A stretch of DNA of 64,000 bases from Candidatus Latescibacterota bacterium. Lineage in GTDB: Bacteria; Latescibacterota; UBA2968; UBA8231. The stretch is taken from positions 416,001 through 480,000 of the forward strand of contig OZ242005.1 of assembly GCA_965204725.1 (NCBI GenBank). Direction: 5' to 3'. Below, piece by piece: positions 46,719 to 56,147 of this stretch; positions within the stretch are counted from its first letter, which is position 1, and every line of letters starts with the position of its first letter. Under the pieces are notes generated by a model that saw only the letters and a program-made list of their open reading frames with translations, ran no database searches and was not told the origin of the DNA. A program made the translations under genes and the position numbers.

Positions 46719-47549
46719 ATGACAGGGAGACATAAGCCGCTACCAGAGTTTGCAAGCCCACCCGTCGTCGAAGTCGCTGTCTCGGTGCGGTTTGACGCGC
46801 CGGTCCTCGATGGTCCACTGATCGCGCTTAGATGGGGGCAGGTTCGAGATCGGTTCCCACTGCGTGAAGAGGCTTCTCCCCTAACCTCAACAATCGAGAC
46901 GTTCGGGGGGCCACAAGAGCCTCGGATCGAAATTCAGTTTAGTGGTATTTCTCCTACCCAACGGCTTTTGATGCTGAGCAGTTCTAAAACGAAACTATTG
47001 CAGATCCAAAAAGATCTATTCGGGTACAGTTGGCGAAAGCTCCAACCACAACATGAGTATCCGCGCTATGAGAAAATACGGAACGACTTCGAGTGCGAAC
47101 TCGCCAACTTCCAAACTTTTCTCTCGGCAGAAAGGCTCGAACATCTATCCTCGGTCCAATGTGAAATAACCTACGTCAACCTCATCTTGCCCGAAAAAAA
47201 TGTCTGGAGCAACCATTCGGAGTTGGGAAAAGTGATTCCTTCGGCGGAATCCCGCCTCACCGAAGGCTTTCTGCCACCGCCCGAGCAGACGAGATACGTT
47301 TCTCAATATGTCATTTCCGGCGAGGATGATATTCCTCAAGGCAGACTATATGTAAGCGTCGAACCAACTTACCACATGCCGGACAAGACGCCGATGTACC
47401 TGATGAAACTCACATTTCGAGGGGATCCCCAAGGCGATGGCCCGGATGGTATCATCAAGGCTATGGACCTTGGGCATGAGTGGATAGTCCAAGGGTTTGC
47501 CACGCTAACTTCGAGTAAGATGCACCGCGTTTGGAGGAGGACGAATTGA
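46719..47549 (+). CDS. TIGR04255 family protein
   Basis: PPVVEVAVSVRF, LLQIQ..SW...YPRYE, YVNLI, F..LT C-terminal pattern; lower GC. Confidence 0.8.
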   Translation: MTGRHKPLPEFASPPVVEVAVSVRFDAPVLDGPLIALRWGQVRDRFPLREEASPLTSTIETFGGPQEPRIEIQFSGISPTQRLLMLSSSKTKLLQIQKDLFGYSWRKLQPQHEYPRYEKIRNDFECELANFQTFLSAERLEHLSSVQCEITYVNLILPEKNVWSNHSELGKVIPSAESRLTEGFLPPPEQTRYVSQYVISGEDDIPQGRLYVSVEPTYHMPDKTPMYLMKLTFRGDPQGDGPDGIIKAMDLGHEWIVQGFATLTSSKMHRVWRRTN

Positions 47550-48073
47550 CAATTATCGCACCTAGCCCCACCCCGGAGGTACGGGAATGGTCCTTCTCAG
47601 ACAGTGCTACTTTCGATGATTTTCTAGGGGCTCCCTCTTTAGTGCCTACGAGTGAAACAATCTCCCCGCCCACCATTGAAATGGTAAGTGTTGAGGTGCG
47701 GCATAGTAGGAAACAAGAACCACACGCGATGGAATGGCTCTATCCCACGCTTCGTGCAATGGCCGCTCTGCCGTGGTGGACGGACAATTGGGGTTCCGGT
47801 GCTACGCGTACTCAAATTAGGGCGATGGCCGGTATGTTGGAGATATTGGTTGCGATTCTCGATAGCCAAGCTCCGCCTCCCGCTGTCGTGCCCACTTGGA
47901 ATGGAGGAGTACAAGTTGAGTGGCATCGCAGTGGCATTGACCTTGAGATCGAAGTGGATCCAGCGGGAAATATAGAGTACTTCTTTAAGAGTCCTGACGA
48001 AGAATGCGAAGGGCGAAGCAACGGCGATTTTAGTCAGTTGTCTGAGTATGCTCGGGCAGTGATTGAACGCTAG
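47546..48073 (+). CDS. Conserved hypothetical protein, middle gene of the TIGR04255 module
   Basis: GGAGGAGG SD then TTG overlapping the upstream TGA; DNWGS..A, P.VVPT..GGVQVEW..LEIE. Confidence 0.72.
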   Translation: MTIIAPSPTPEVREWSFSDSATFDDFLGAPSLVPTSETISPPTIEMVSVEVRHSRKQEPHAMEWLYPTLRAMAALPWWTDNWGSGATRTQIRAMAGMLEILVAILDSQAPPPAVVPTWNGGVQVEWHRSGIDLEIEVDPAGNIEYFFKSPDEECEGRSNGDFSQLSEYARAVIER

Positions 48074-48094
48074 AAATCACTGCCCGAGTGAACG

Positions 48095-48469
48095 ATGGAA
48101 CTCGACGACGCCAGCATCAGCGACGATGAAGTCGTGCTCCGCCGCATCGCTGAGGATTTCGTTACTGACGATCAAAACCTCCAAAGGCTTCGGCCTTCAA
48201 CCCAAGCGTTCAAACAGGACGGCCCTGATGGACTCGTTTCCGTGTATCTGATTTCGGAGACCGAGCCAGCTACGGTTGCGGATGAGGGCCCAGAGAAATT
48301 CCTAGCCTCTATAAGAGTGGGTGTATTACGCGAGTTGGGATTAGGGGTAGTGCGCGATCCCTCGTCGGGTGGCCTTGGGCACTGCGTTATCACGGGCAGA
48401 AAGACTAAGGGAACGCTAAACCAGATCGTTCGCAAGGCCAAGTGGATCGACGGATACGCGCCGGCATAA
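48095..48469 (+). CDS. Small hypothetical protein, possible ADP-ribosyltransferase/RES-like fold
   Basis: 124 aa; VVLRRI, RPSTQAF, VSVY, GHCVITG. Confidence 0.6.
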   Translation: MELDDASISDDEVVLRRIAEDFVTDDQNLQRLRPSTQAFKQDGPDGLVSVYLISETEPATVADEGPEKFLASIRVGVLRELGLGVVRDPSSGGLGHCVITGRKTKGTLNQIVRKAKWIDGYAPA

Positions 48470-48564
48470 GCGAATTAGTGCATCCCGCCCCAGCTCCTGC
48501 TTTCCCCTCAACCCAAGCCAGCAAGAGCCTCATCCCGGGCGTACGCGACGGCATTTCCAACGAG

Positions 48565-49515
48565 TCAGGCTGAGCAGCGAGCACCCCCGAGGACGCAAAA
48601 TTGGGCGCAGTGCGGATGGTTGAGCTTGACCGGGTCCCAGGCTTCGGCTAGGGTCTGGCCCATCTCAAAGGCCGCGTCATAAGGCAGCAAGGTGCAGGCG
48701 AGCACGACCGGAGAATCCGCGCCCTTGCGCCGTACTACCATGCGCGACGAGGCGCACATGATGTCGTCGGGCGACCGGCCGAGGAGGGCCCAGCAGCCGG
48801 TGGTAATCTCGGGCACGTCAACCGAGGGGTCCATCTCTGGGAACAGCAGGAGTTGGCTGGGGTCGGTCGCGTCAATGCGGACGCCGAGCTCGGCGAAGAG
48901 CCGGGCGAAGCCAGCGCGCAGCTCGCCTTCTTCGCCGCCCCAGCGCGTGCGGCTGGCGACCGCTAGGCAAAAGCCGCAATCGGCGAGCCAGCGCAAGCCC
49001 TCAATCATCGGCGTCCAAGAGCGGTCGCCGCGCTCGGCCTCGTGCAGCACCGGATCGTAGTGGTCAATGGAGACGCGAATCGCCAGCCGGTCACCGTGCG
49101 CTTGGCGCAACCGCAGCAGGCCATCGGCGCACTTCATCATCGGCCGCATGGCGTTGGTCAGCACCAAGCTCTCAAAGCCTCGCTCCAGCACGGCCGCGAG
49201 CATGTCGAGCATCTCGGGATTCATAAAAGGCTCGCCGCCGGTGAAGCCAATCTGGCGAGTGCCCAGCCCGTTGCGCTCAATCTCGTCGAGGTACGCGGCG
49301 ACCTCCGCTGTCGTGAGGTACACCAAGCGGTCGTTGCGCGGGCTCGATTCGATGTAGCAGTTGGCACACGCTAGATTGCAGAGGGTGCCGGTGTTAAACC
49401 ACAAGGTTTCTAGCCGCGTCAACGCGACGCGAGCACGCTCCTCCCCGTCGGCGGTGACGTCCGGGTCTTGGAACTTGAGTGGGTCTAGGCCGGGCCGAGC
49501 TTGCACTTGCGTCAT
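48565..49515 (-). CDS. Radical SAM protein
   Basis: CNLACANC, FTGGEPF, C-terminal HPHCAQFC..RC. Confidence 0.9.
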   Translation of the reverse strand: MTQVQARPGLDPLKFQDPDVTADGEERARVALTRLETLWFNTGTLCNLACANCYIESSPRNDRLVYLTTAEVAAYLDEIERNGLGTRQIGFTGGEPFMNPEMLDMLAAVLERGFESLVLTNAMRPMMKCADGLLRLRQAHGDRLAIRVSIDHYDPVLHEAERGDRSWTPMIEGLRWLADCGFCLAVASRTRWGGEEGELRAGFARLFAELGVRIDATDPSQLLLFPEMDPSVDVPEITTGCWALLGRSPDDIMCASSRMVVRRKGADSPVVLACTLLPYDAAFEMGQTLAEAWDPVKLNHPHCAQFCVLGGARCSA

Positions 49516-49669
49516 GGTGTCTCCGGTCTGGGCTGGTCCCCAAGGGGACGGGGAGGCGTCGTGCGGCTGTACAAAGAGTCAATAGCTCAATAGACTGTCA
49601 AGGCGGGCGGCTCTGGCGAAATTGGGGTGGGATGAGTAGGTTGTCTGCTATCTAGAAAGGAGAACCACC

Positions 49670-50746
49670 ATGGAGAAGCACACCGTAGCGATCATCGGCC
49701 TCGGGCGCATGGGCAGCACCATCGACGACGAGGGACACGGCGACGTACCCTATTCGGTAGCGGCCGCGACTAGGGCGAGCGAGCGGCTCGAACTCGTGGC
49801 CGGCGCAGACCTCTTGCCGGACAAGCGCGCTGCGTTCCAAAGCCGCTGGGGCGCGGCCGTGTACGAGGACTTCCGCGACATGATCCACCGCGAAAAGCCC
49901 GATCTCGTCGCCATCTGCACAGCGGCCTGTTTGCCCAAGCCCGCCCGAGAAGCCCCGGACGCGCACTTCCGCGGCGACTCGCACGCCGATCTAGCAGTCG
50001 CTGTGGCCGATATGGGCGTACCGATGATATACCTCGAAAAGGCCATGGCCAGCTCAATGGAGCGCGCCGACGAAATCCGCGCGGCCGTACAGCGCAATAA
50101 TGCGCTCTTCAACACGGGCGTCCTGCGCCGCTTTGACAACCGCTACGAGGCGGTCAAGGACGCGGTCGCCGCAGGTCGGGTCGGCGAGGTCCGGGCCGTG
50201 ATTCACTACGCCAGTTCCAGCTTGATGCACGGGCACATCCACTCCATTGACACCGTATCCTATCTCATCGGCGACCCGGCGATTGCGGCCGTCCGCGGCG
50301 AGCTTTTGCCCCCCGGCTTGCAAGTCGAGGGCAATCACATTCCGTCCGATCCGTTGGCAACCTATCAACTGCGCTTTGCCAACGGCGTGGAGGCGTGGTC
50401 CATTCCAGCGGCCCCGTGGGAATTTGAGGTCATCGGCTCGGAGGGCGCGATTCGCTCGTGCAACAACGGGGCCGACGTTTTGCTGCGCCGGCCCGGCGTC
50501 CCCCAAGGGCGGCGCGTGTCGTGGGAGGAGGAGCTCGTAGAGCCTGTGACGCCGCGCAGTACGACCCAGTGCTGCTTAGAGGATTTGGTTGCGGCCCGCG
50601 AATCCGGCCAACCCACGCGCGGCCATATTGACGTGACCCACCACATCACAGAAGCCACCATCGCCGTCGCCGAGAGCCACCGCCAAGGCGGCGCTTGGGT
50701 CGAGTTGCCGCTGCCTTCCCGCGACCTATACATTTTTCACGTCTAG
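49670..50746 (+). CDS. Gfo/Idh/MocA oxidoreductase
   Basis: IIGLGRMG, LEKA, HSIDT. Confidence 0.87.
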   Translation: MEKHTVAIIGLGRMGSTIDDEGHGDVPYSVAAATRASERLELVAGADLLPDKRAAFQSRWGAAVYEDFRDMIHREKPDLVAICTAACLPKPAREAPDAHFRGDSHADLAVAVADMGVPMIYLEKAMASSMERADEIRAAVQRNNALFNTGVLRRFDNRYEAVKDAVAAGRVGEVRAVIHYASSSLMHGHIHSIDTVSYLIGDPAIAAVRGELLPPGLQVEGNHIPSDPLATYQLRFANGVEAWSIPAAPWEFEVIGSEGAIRSCNNGADVLLRRPGVPQGRRVSWEEELVEPVTPRSTTQCCLEDLVAARESGQPTRGHIDVTHHITEATIAVAESHRQGGAWVELPLPSRDLYIFHV

Positions 50747-50781
50747 GAGGCCCCTTAACACTTACCACGAAAAGGATATAC

Positions 50782-51567
50782 ATGTTAAAAGCAGGCATAT
50801 TTCTCGATATGGAAAATCTCAACCGCTGCGGCGGCTACGCCATCCGCTTTCGCCAGATCAAGGCCCTAGTGGAGGCGCAGCAGGCGGTTGTAGTGCGAGC
50901 CAACGCCTATATGGCCGTTGACCGCGAGCGCGAAGGTATGGACGCCGAGTACCGCCAAAAAAGGGAAACGTATCGCAATCGAGCGCGGCGGGAGGGCTAC
51001 CATCTAATTCTCAAGGAAGTGCGGCGCTATCTCACTTCGGAGGGCGAGACCGTCGTCAAGGCCGACGCCGACCTAGAGTTGGCTGTTGATGCCCTGTTGC
51101 AGTCGGAAAATCTGGACTACGTGCTGTTGGGCAGCGGCGACGGCGATTTCGTGCGCTTGGTGCGCGCCCTGCAAAACCGGGGCAAGCGGGTTGATCTGCT
51201 CTCTTTTATGAACACTAGCACCGAACTGCGCCAAGAGGTAGATTACCACTTTTCCGGGTACTTGGTGCCCGACATTTTGTTCTCGGACCGCGGCCCAAAC
51301 CACCGCCTGCGCGGCATCCTACACGCGGTCAACGAGGAGAAGGGCTACGGGTTTTTGACCGTGCAGACCGGCTTGGGCGTAGATACGATATGCGAGGATA
51401 TTTTTCTGCACATTACCGACCTGCGCACGGCCCGCGGCGGGGTGGTGTCCAACTCGGACTTTGCCCACTTGAGGATGCGCGGCGCGATCATTGAGTTTGA
51501 GGTAGAAAACGACAGTGACCGGAAAAAGGCCGTCAACGCCGTGGAGTTTCAGCCCGAACTGTTGTGA
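50782..51567 (+). CDS. NYN (LabA/DUF88) domain protein with C-terminal cold-shock-like domain
   Basis: FLDMEN, DLELAVD, GSGDGDF; KGYGFL..DIFLHI. Confidence 0.88.
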   Translation: MLKAGIFLDMENLNRCGGYAIRFRQIKALVEAQQAVVVRANAYMAVDREREGMDAEYRQKRETYRNRARREGYHLILKEVRRYLTSEGETVVKADADLELAVDALLQSENLDYVLLGSGDGDFVRLVRALQNRGKRVDLLSFMNTSTELRQEVDYHFSGYLVPDILFSDRGPNHRLRGILHAVNEEKGYGFLTVQTGLGVDTICEDIFLHITDLRTARGGVVSNSDFAHLRMRGAIIEFEVENDSDRKKAVNAVEFQPELL

Positions 51568-51583
51568 TCGGTTGACCCCTAAT

Positions 51584-52003
51584 TTACTCGCAGTACACCC
51601 GGACCTTGTCGTCCCCGTCGTGGATGTTCACCTCGATCTCGCTTAGTGCGTCTATGAGCGGGTCGAGCTCCTCGGTTCGCAGGTTGTGAATGTCGAGGTC
51701 AATGCCGTTTCTCTTCAGTGTCTTGTTGATGCCCTGCGCCGCCTGCTCTGGAAGCAAGGTGTGCAGCCGGACGCCGGCCTTGATCAGCGCCAGCGGCACC
51801 CGGACATCGACGTGCTCCTCCCCGTCCGAGTCAATGGCTACCCTCAGATACCGGGCCGTTCCCGTGCGAGTAGGCACTATTGGCTGCACCGCTGCGGTCG
51901 CCTCTGGCCCCTCATCGACGAGGGAAATCAGGCGCTCGGCCTCATCGACCGACACCTTGCCCTCCGCTAGCATCTCTAGTACGCGTCTGCTGTTTTCGTT
52001 CAT
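51584..52003 (-). CDS. SHOCT-like domain protein (DUF2089-associated)
   Basis: VLEMLAEGKVSVDEAERL; VRVPLAL. Confidence 0.8.
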   Translation of the reverse strand: MNENSRRVLEMLAEGKVSVDEAERLISLVDEGPEATAAVQPIVPTRTGTARYLRVAIDSDGEEHVDVRVPLALIKAGVRLHTLLPEQAAQGINKTLKRNGIDLDIHNLRTEELDPLIDALSEIEVNIHDGDDKVRVYCE

Positions 52004-52020
52004 GGCTATCCTCCTGTTTT

Positions 52021-52944
52021 CTACTGAATTGCTATAGAGCCGTTCACGGTCTTGGCGATCAACTCGGCCTCGCCTGCGCCCACTGTCCCTTCGAGCTTGT
52101 CGCGCTTATTGACCGCGGCGACAAAGCCCGGCACCTCGCAACGGACGCGCCCGTTGAGCGTCTCAGCCGCCAGCTTGAGGCTCGGCTCGGCGTCCAGAGC
52201 CACCTTGATGTTGGTGTTTAAGGTGGATAGCCTGTTGTGGCTTTTGGGCGCAATGCTGCCCTGAAACTTTATCGTCCCGTTGACGGTCCGCACATCGAAG
52301 CGGCCGTGGGCGTCCTCAACGGACACGCGGCTGTTCACGTTGGAAAGCGTTGCCGAGCCTTGGAAGGTCTTAACCGCAATTGGGGCGTTCTTGGTCGTCG
52401 CGTTTAGGTCGCCCTTGAATTGTTCGACCCTTACGCGCCCGTTCTTGGTCTGCACCGTTCCACCGCCCTCCGTTCCTTGGACCTCCACCGGCCCGTTGCT
52501 AGTCGCCAAGTCAACGCTCGTTGGGACGGGCACGACCACCTCTATGTTTGCTCCGGCGGATTGGCGGGAAAATCCGGGCAGCGATCCCTCGGCTCGCCGG
52601 TCCGACTTGGCCTTGACCTCGACGAGGTCGCCTTCTTGCACGGCGCTGTACTCGATGCGGTGGGGGTTTTTTAGCTTCGCACGCACGCGAATCGACCCGG
52701 GGCGGCCGGCATGGACCCGGACGCGGCCGTTGAAGCCGCGGACCACGAGGCGCGGGCTGGTTCCCACGGCAAAAGTGTCGTCGCGCATGGCCCTCTTGGG
52801 TTCCTCCTCGGGCGCATCAAAGGATTCAGCGGTGCGCTTGGGCTCCTTGACTCGCAACGCCTCCAACAGACGCTCGGCCTCCTCAACGGTTATCTTGCCC
52901 TCCGAGAGCATGTCGAGAACTCTTCGTCGCTCCTGAGTCATCAC
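52021..52944 (-). CDS. SHOCT-like plus DUF4097 beta-strand repeat protein
   Basis: VLDMLSEGKITVEEAERL; repeated T.NG.[VI]. Confidence 0.85.
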   Translation of the reverse strand: MMTQERRRVLDMLSEGKITVEEAERLLEALRVKEPKRTAESFDAPEEEPKRAMRDDTFAVGTSPRLVVRGFNGRVRVHAGRPGSIRVRAKLKNPHRIEYSAVQEGDLVEVKAKSDRRAEGSLPGFSRQSAGANIEVVVPVPTSVDLATSNGPVEVQGTEGGGTVQTKNGRVRVEQFKGDLNATTKNAPIAVKTFQGSATLSNVNSRVSVEDAHGRFDVRTVNGTIKFQGSIAPKSHNRLSTLNTNIKVALDAEPSLKLAAETLNGRVRCEVPGFVAAVNKRDKLEGTVGAGEAELIAKTVNGSIAIQ

Positions 52945-52950
52945 AACCTC

Positions 52951-53226
52951 CTAGTCGATTGAAACGAACACGCGCTCCGCGCCGGAGACTACGTTGCAGC
53001 GCAGGCCGCGCAACGAGGCCAGCGCGTATAGCAGCAAGGGGGCAGTCCGCAGGATGGGGCGTCCGCAGCCTCGATGCCAGTACAAGGCCGCGGTCAGAAC
53101 CACAACAGGCGTCCCCAGCAGCACCGCGACGACAACGGCCGGCCACAGCACGACGAGCGGGAGCCACAGCCGAATGCGGCGCTTGCCACCCTCGATTCGC
53201 ACTCGCAGTAACACCGGCGGCAGCAT
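52951..53226 (-). CDS. Small membrane protein
   Basis: 91 aa; IRLWLPL plus hydrophobic segments; overlaps the DUF2089 stop. Confidence 0.7.
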   Translation of the reverse strand: MLPPVLLRVRIEGGKRRIRLWLPLVVLWPAVVVAVLLGTPVVVLTAALYWHRGCGRPILRTAPLLLYALASLRGLRCNVVSGAERVFVSID

Positions 53227-53615
53227 CAGGAGAGCCTCCGCAGCGCCTCTTCGATGTCGATCTCGCCGCGTTCGAGGCTGTCGAGAACGGCCGCCGATTG
53301 AGGATTCGAGCGCGGGGTGCCAGCCGCTTCCGCAGTTTGCGACACCGCCTCGACGAACTGCAACTGCTCTGCAATGGCATTCAGCCGGTTCTTGACCGTT
53401 GGGTAGCTGATGCCAAAGACGCGCTCCATCTCCTTGATCGAGCCGTGGACATGGACGAAGGCCATTACGAATACTTGGTCCTCAGCGGAAAGACGCGCTA
53501 GAGCCGGCGGCTCAAATCGCCCTTCAATCGCGATTTCGCTATCCGGCAGATAAACCCGCTCCACCACGATGCGCGCCCCCTTCGTCAGGTCGGTTAGCTC
53601 TTTCCAGTCCTTGAT
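53226..53615 (-). CDS. DUF2089 family HTH protein
   Basis: IEGRF, GSIKEMER..ISYPTVKNRL, LERGEIDIEEAL; start assigned to ATC at 53615. Confidence 0.85.
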   Translation of the reverse strand: MKDWKELTDLTKGARIVVERVYLPDSEIAIEGRFEPPALARLSAEDQVFVMAFVHVHGSIKEMERVFGISYPTVKNRLNAIAEQLQFVEAVSQTAEAAGTPRSNPQSAAVLDSLERGEIDIEEALRRLS

Positions 53616-53648
53616 AACTACACCTCCAAATAATTGGATTTAGCCATT

Positions 53649-53700
53649 ATTATAGAGATATAATCAAAAAAGTCAATTACTAAATTAACAAAGTTAATTT
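53649..53700 (-). promoter_or_regulatory. Sigma70 promoter with upstream inverted-repeat operator
   Basis: TTGACT (53676-53671), 16 nt, TATAAT (53654-53649); AAATTAAC-3nt-GTTAATTT at 53682-53700. Confidence 0.75.
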
Positions 53701-53727
53701 TTGGCGGTCTGCTGAATTGACTCTGGA

Positions 53728-54840
53728 CTAGTCCGTCTCCACGGCAGCGGACACCGCATTGGAAACCCGCCGCAGCAGGCTCCCGTTGGCGACCATCTGG
53801 TTGGTCAGCACCACGCAACTTAGCTGGCGGTCTGCGTCCGCCCACGCCACCGTGCCGGTGGACCCGGTGTGGCCGAAGGTGTGCGGCGACACCAGATCGC
53901 CCCAAAAGGCCCACACCCGCGCCCCGCACACGCCCCACCCCAAGCCCCATGGCGCGTCGAGCGCACCGTTTTGGTCCCGCGTCATCGCCGCGACCACAGC
54001 GCGGCTGAAGATGCGCTGGCCGCCGTACGCGCCGCCGTTGAGCATGGTTTGCAGCAAGATCGCCAAGTCGCGTCCGGTGCTGTGCATGCCGCCCCACGGT
54101 GCCCCAAAATCGCGCCAGTACCGAGAATTCCATCCCCAGCTCCGCCGCTCTTCGTCCTCTTCGGCGTCCGTCCCGCACCACACGGTATCTGCAAGCGACC
54201 AATCGCCCAGGCCCAACGCGCTGCGCTCCATGCCCAACGGCGCGAAAATTTCCTCGCGTTCAAAGTCGCGCAACCGCTGGCCGCTGACGCGCTCGACAAT
54301 CGCGGCCGCCAGCAGGATGCCCTTGCTCTGGTAGCGGAAATCGGTCGCAGGTTTGTAGAGCAGGGGCGTTTGCAGGGCGCGCTCGACAAAGACCTCGACC
54401 GGCTCGTGCGCCCGCCGCAGGCTGACATTCTCCGGCAGCATATCGGGCATACCCGATACGTGCGACAGCAGGTGGCGGACCTTAATGGCAGGCCGGTGGT
54501 CGCCCGTAAACTCGGGCAGGTAGTACGCGGCCGGGTCGTCGAGCGAAATCAGCCCGCGATCGACGAGGATCATCAGCGCACAAGCGGTGACCGGCTTGGT
54601 GATCGACGCGAGGAGAAAGATCGAATCCGCATCAACCGGCCGGCCGGTGCCGGGTTTTTGCTGGCCCGCCCCTCGGGCGAAGACCGCTTTGCCGCGCCGC
54701 GCTACTGTCAGCGAGGCCGCGCTGATCTGGCCCGCTTCAATAGCAGCCGTGAGCAAGCCGAAGGCCCGCTCAAGTTGTGCCGCCGACATGCCGACGACCG
54801 CTGGGTCGCCCGTTTGCAGAATCGTTCCGTCCGTTTCCAT
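53728..54840 (-). CDS. Serine hydrolase, beta-lactamase family
   Basis: ASITK (SxxK), LLSHVSG, FRY, FGHTGSTG. Confidence 0.92.
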   Translation of the reverse strand: METDGTILQTGDPAVVGMSAAQLERAFGLLTAAIEAGQISAASLTVARRGKAVFARGAGQQKPGTGRPVDADSIFLLASITKPVTACALMILVDRGLISLDDPAAYYLPEFTGDHRPAIKVRHLLSHVSGMPDMLPENVSLRRAHEPVEVFVERALQTPLLYKPATDFRYQSKGILLAAAIVERVSGQRLRDFEREEIFAPLGMERSALGLGDWSLADTVWCGTDAEEDEERRSWGWNSRYWRDFGAPWGGMHSTGRDLAILLQTMLNGGAYGGQRIFSRAVVAAMTRDQNGALDAPWGLGWGVCGARVWAFWGDLVSPHTFGHTGSTGTVAWADADRQLSCVVLTNQMVANGSLLRRVSNAVSAAVETD

Positions 54841-55085
54841 CGCGTTCCCTTTCTTTTAATTTTCGGGTTAGGTACTTGTTATCGCCCCGCGCCTCGTCGA
54901 GTTGCTTTTGGCTCTCAATCAGCAATTCCCGCGATTTATCCCGCTGCTTATGCGCCTCTTGTATCTCAGCCCGCACCGCTTCGGGTGTGTTCGCCAGCAG
55001 CCGCTTGATCGTTTCAGCTAAAAACGAGCGGCCCCAAGCCGCAAAGTGAAGAACCGTTGAGCCATTCAAACCTCCTATCTTAGTC

Positions 55086-55673
55086 TTATAAATCATAGGT
55101 CGGACTCCGCCAACTCGAACTAATGGACCATTGAGAAAATGTCCCATCACTAAATACCTGCCGAACTGCCACATACGAAGTATTGTATGAGTTACCCGTA
55201 GCCCTAGGCCGAGTATAATTGGCCCGACCATCCGAATAACTCGCTGTCGTATAAGTTGATCGCGAAGAGACAACACTATTAACGTATCGCACCAGTTGAT
55301 AGGTTTCCCCTGCCGATGCGGCCCAACTTACTCGTATTTCAGGGATCGCACCCGGCAAGTTTGTAAAACTCAAACCCGGCCCCGAAGGTTGATAAACCGC
55401 TTGCTCCGTCGTATCCGTGACCGTAGCAGTCGTGCTGTCCGAAGGAGCCGCCACCGTCTCCGTTGTATCCGTGACCGCGGCGTCCGTACTGTCCGCCAGC
55501 GTCTCTGTCTCTGTCTCGGTACTATCCACGCCCACACCCACAATCGCGCTGCCACCCGCCTTGAACAAGTCAAACAGACCGCCGCCCGCCACCTTACCCG
55601 CCGGCCCCGCCGGCGTCTCCCGATCCCCGCAGCCCAAAACCAACCCAACCAAGACCACCATCAACAAGCGCAT
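55086..55673 (-). CDS. Hypothetical lipoprotein with D/S/T-rich linker
   Basis: LVLGC lipobox; DST/DTT repeats; lower-GC C-terminal beta-rich domain. Confidence 0.7.
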   Translation of the reverse strand: MRLLMVVLVGLVLGCGDRETPAGPAGKVAGGGLFDLFKAGGSAIVGVGVDSTETETETLADSTDAAVTDTTETVAAPSDSTTATVTDTTEQAVYQPSGPGLSFTNLPGAIPEIRVSWAASAGETYQLVRYVNSVVSSRSTYTTASYSDGRANYTRPRATGNSYNTSYVAVRQVFSDGTFSQWSISSSWRSPTYDL

Positions 55674-55916
55674 CCTATCCCCCTACGTGAATAAATGAGT
55701 GATCAGTTACCCAAACGCCAAATTCGCACAAAAAGCACAATTCGCCTAGTCGAGCACCTGATAAACCACCGCCAGAGATCAAAATCGAACCGCGCCCTGC
55801 ATCCAAGGATTTTGACGCTCACAGCACGCAAAACAAAAGGCCGACACCCGATCCAATCAAGTGACGACCTCTTGCGATTCAAGCTGAGAAAAGTCAACTA
55901 AATAAAGAGGGCCTTT

Positions 55917-56075
55917 TTAGAAAGACAACCATGCTTTAAGGTGCTCTTTTGCAGCACCGTTTACATGTGGGGAACGACTTAATTGTTCACGGAGTTTACG
56001 AAGTATATGCCCGTCAAGATTTCCAACGATGCTAAGTCGATTAAAAAGTCTTGGGTTAATCTGATCCTTGATTAG
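55917..56075 (-). pseudogene. Possible 3' remnant of a toxin gene downstream of the Panacea gene
   Basis: Short frame ...GNLDGHILRKLREQLSRSPHV..KEHLK with no credible N-terminus. Confidence 0.3.
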
Positions 56076-56147
56076 GAGCAGAGAGTACAAGAAAAAACAA
56101 ATCAGGCACATCTCTAGCAGAGAGAACTAATCCATCCCAATTCCAAT

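Noticed and set aside
50782-51567. NYN-cold-shock fusion as a novel system
   Set aside because: NYN domains fused to RNA-binding domains are an established architecture, and there are no partner genes here
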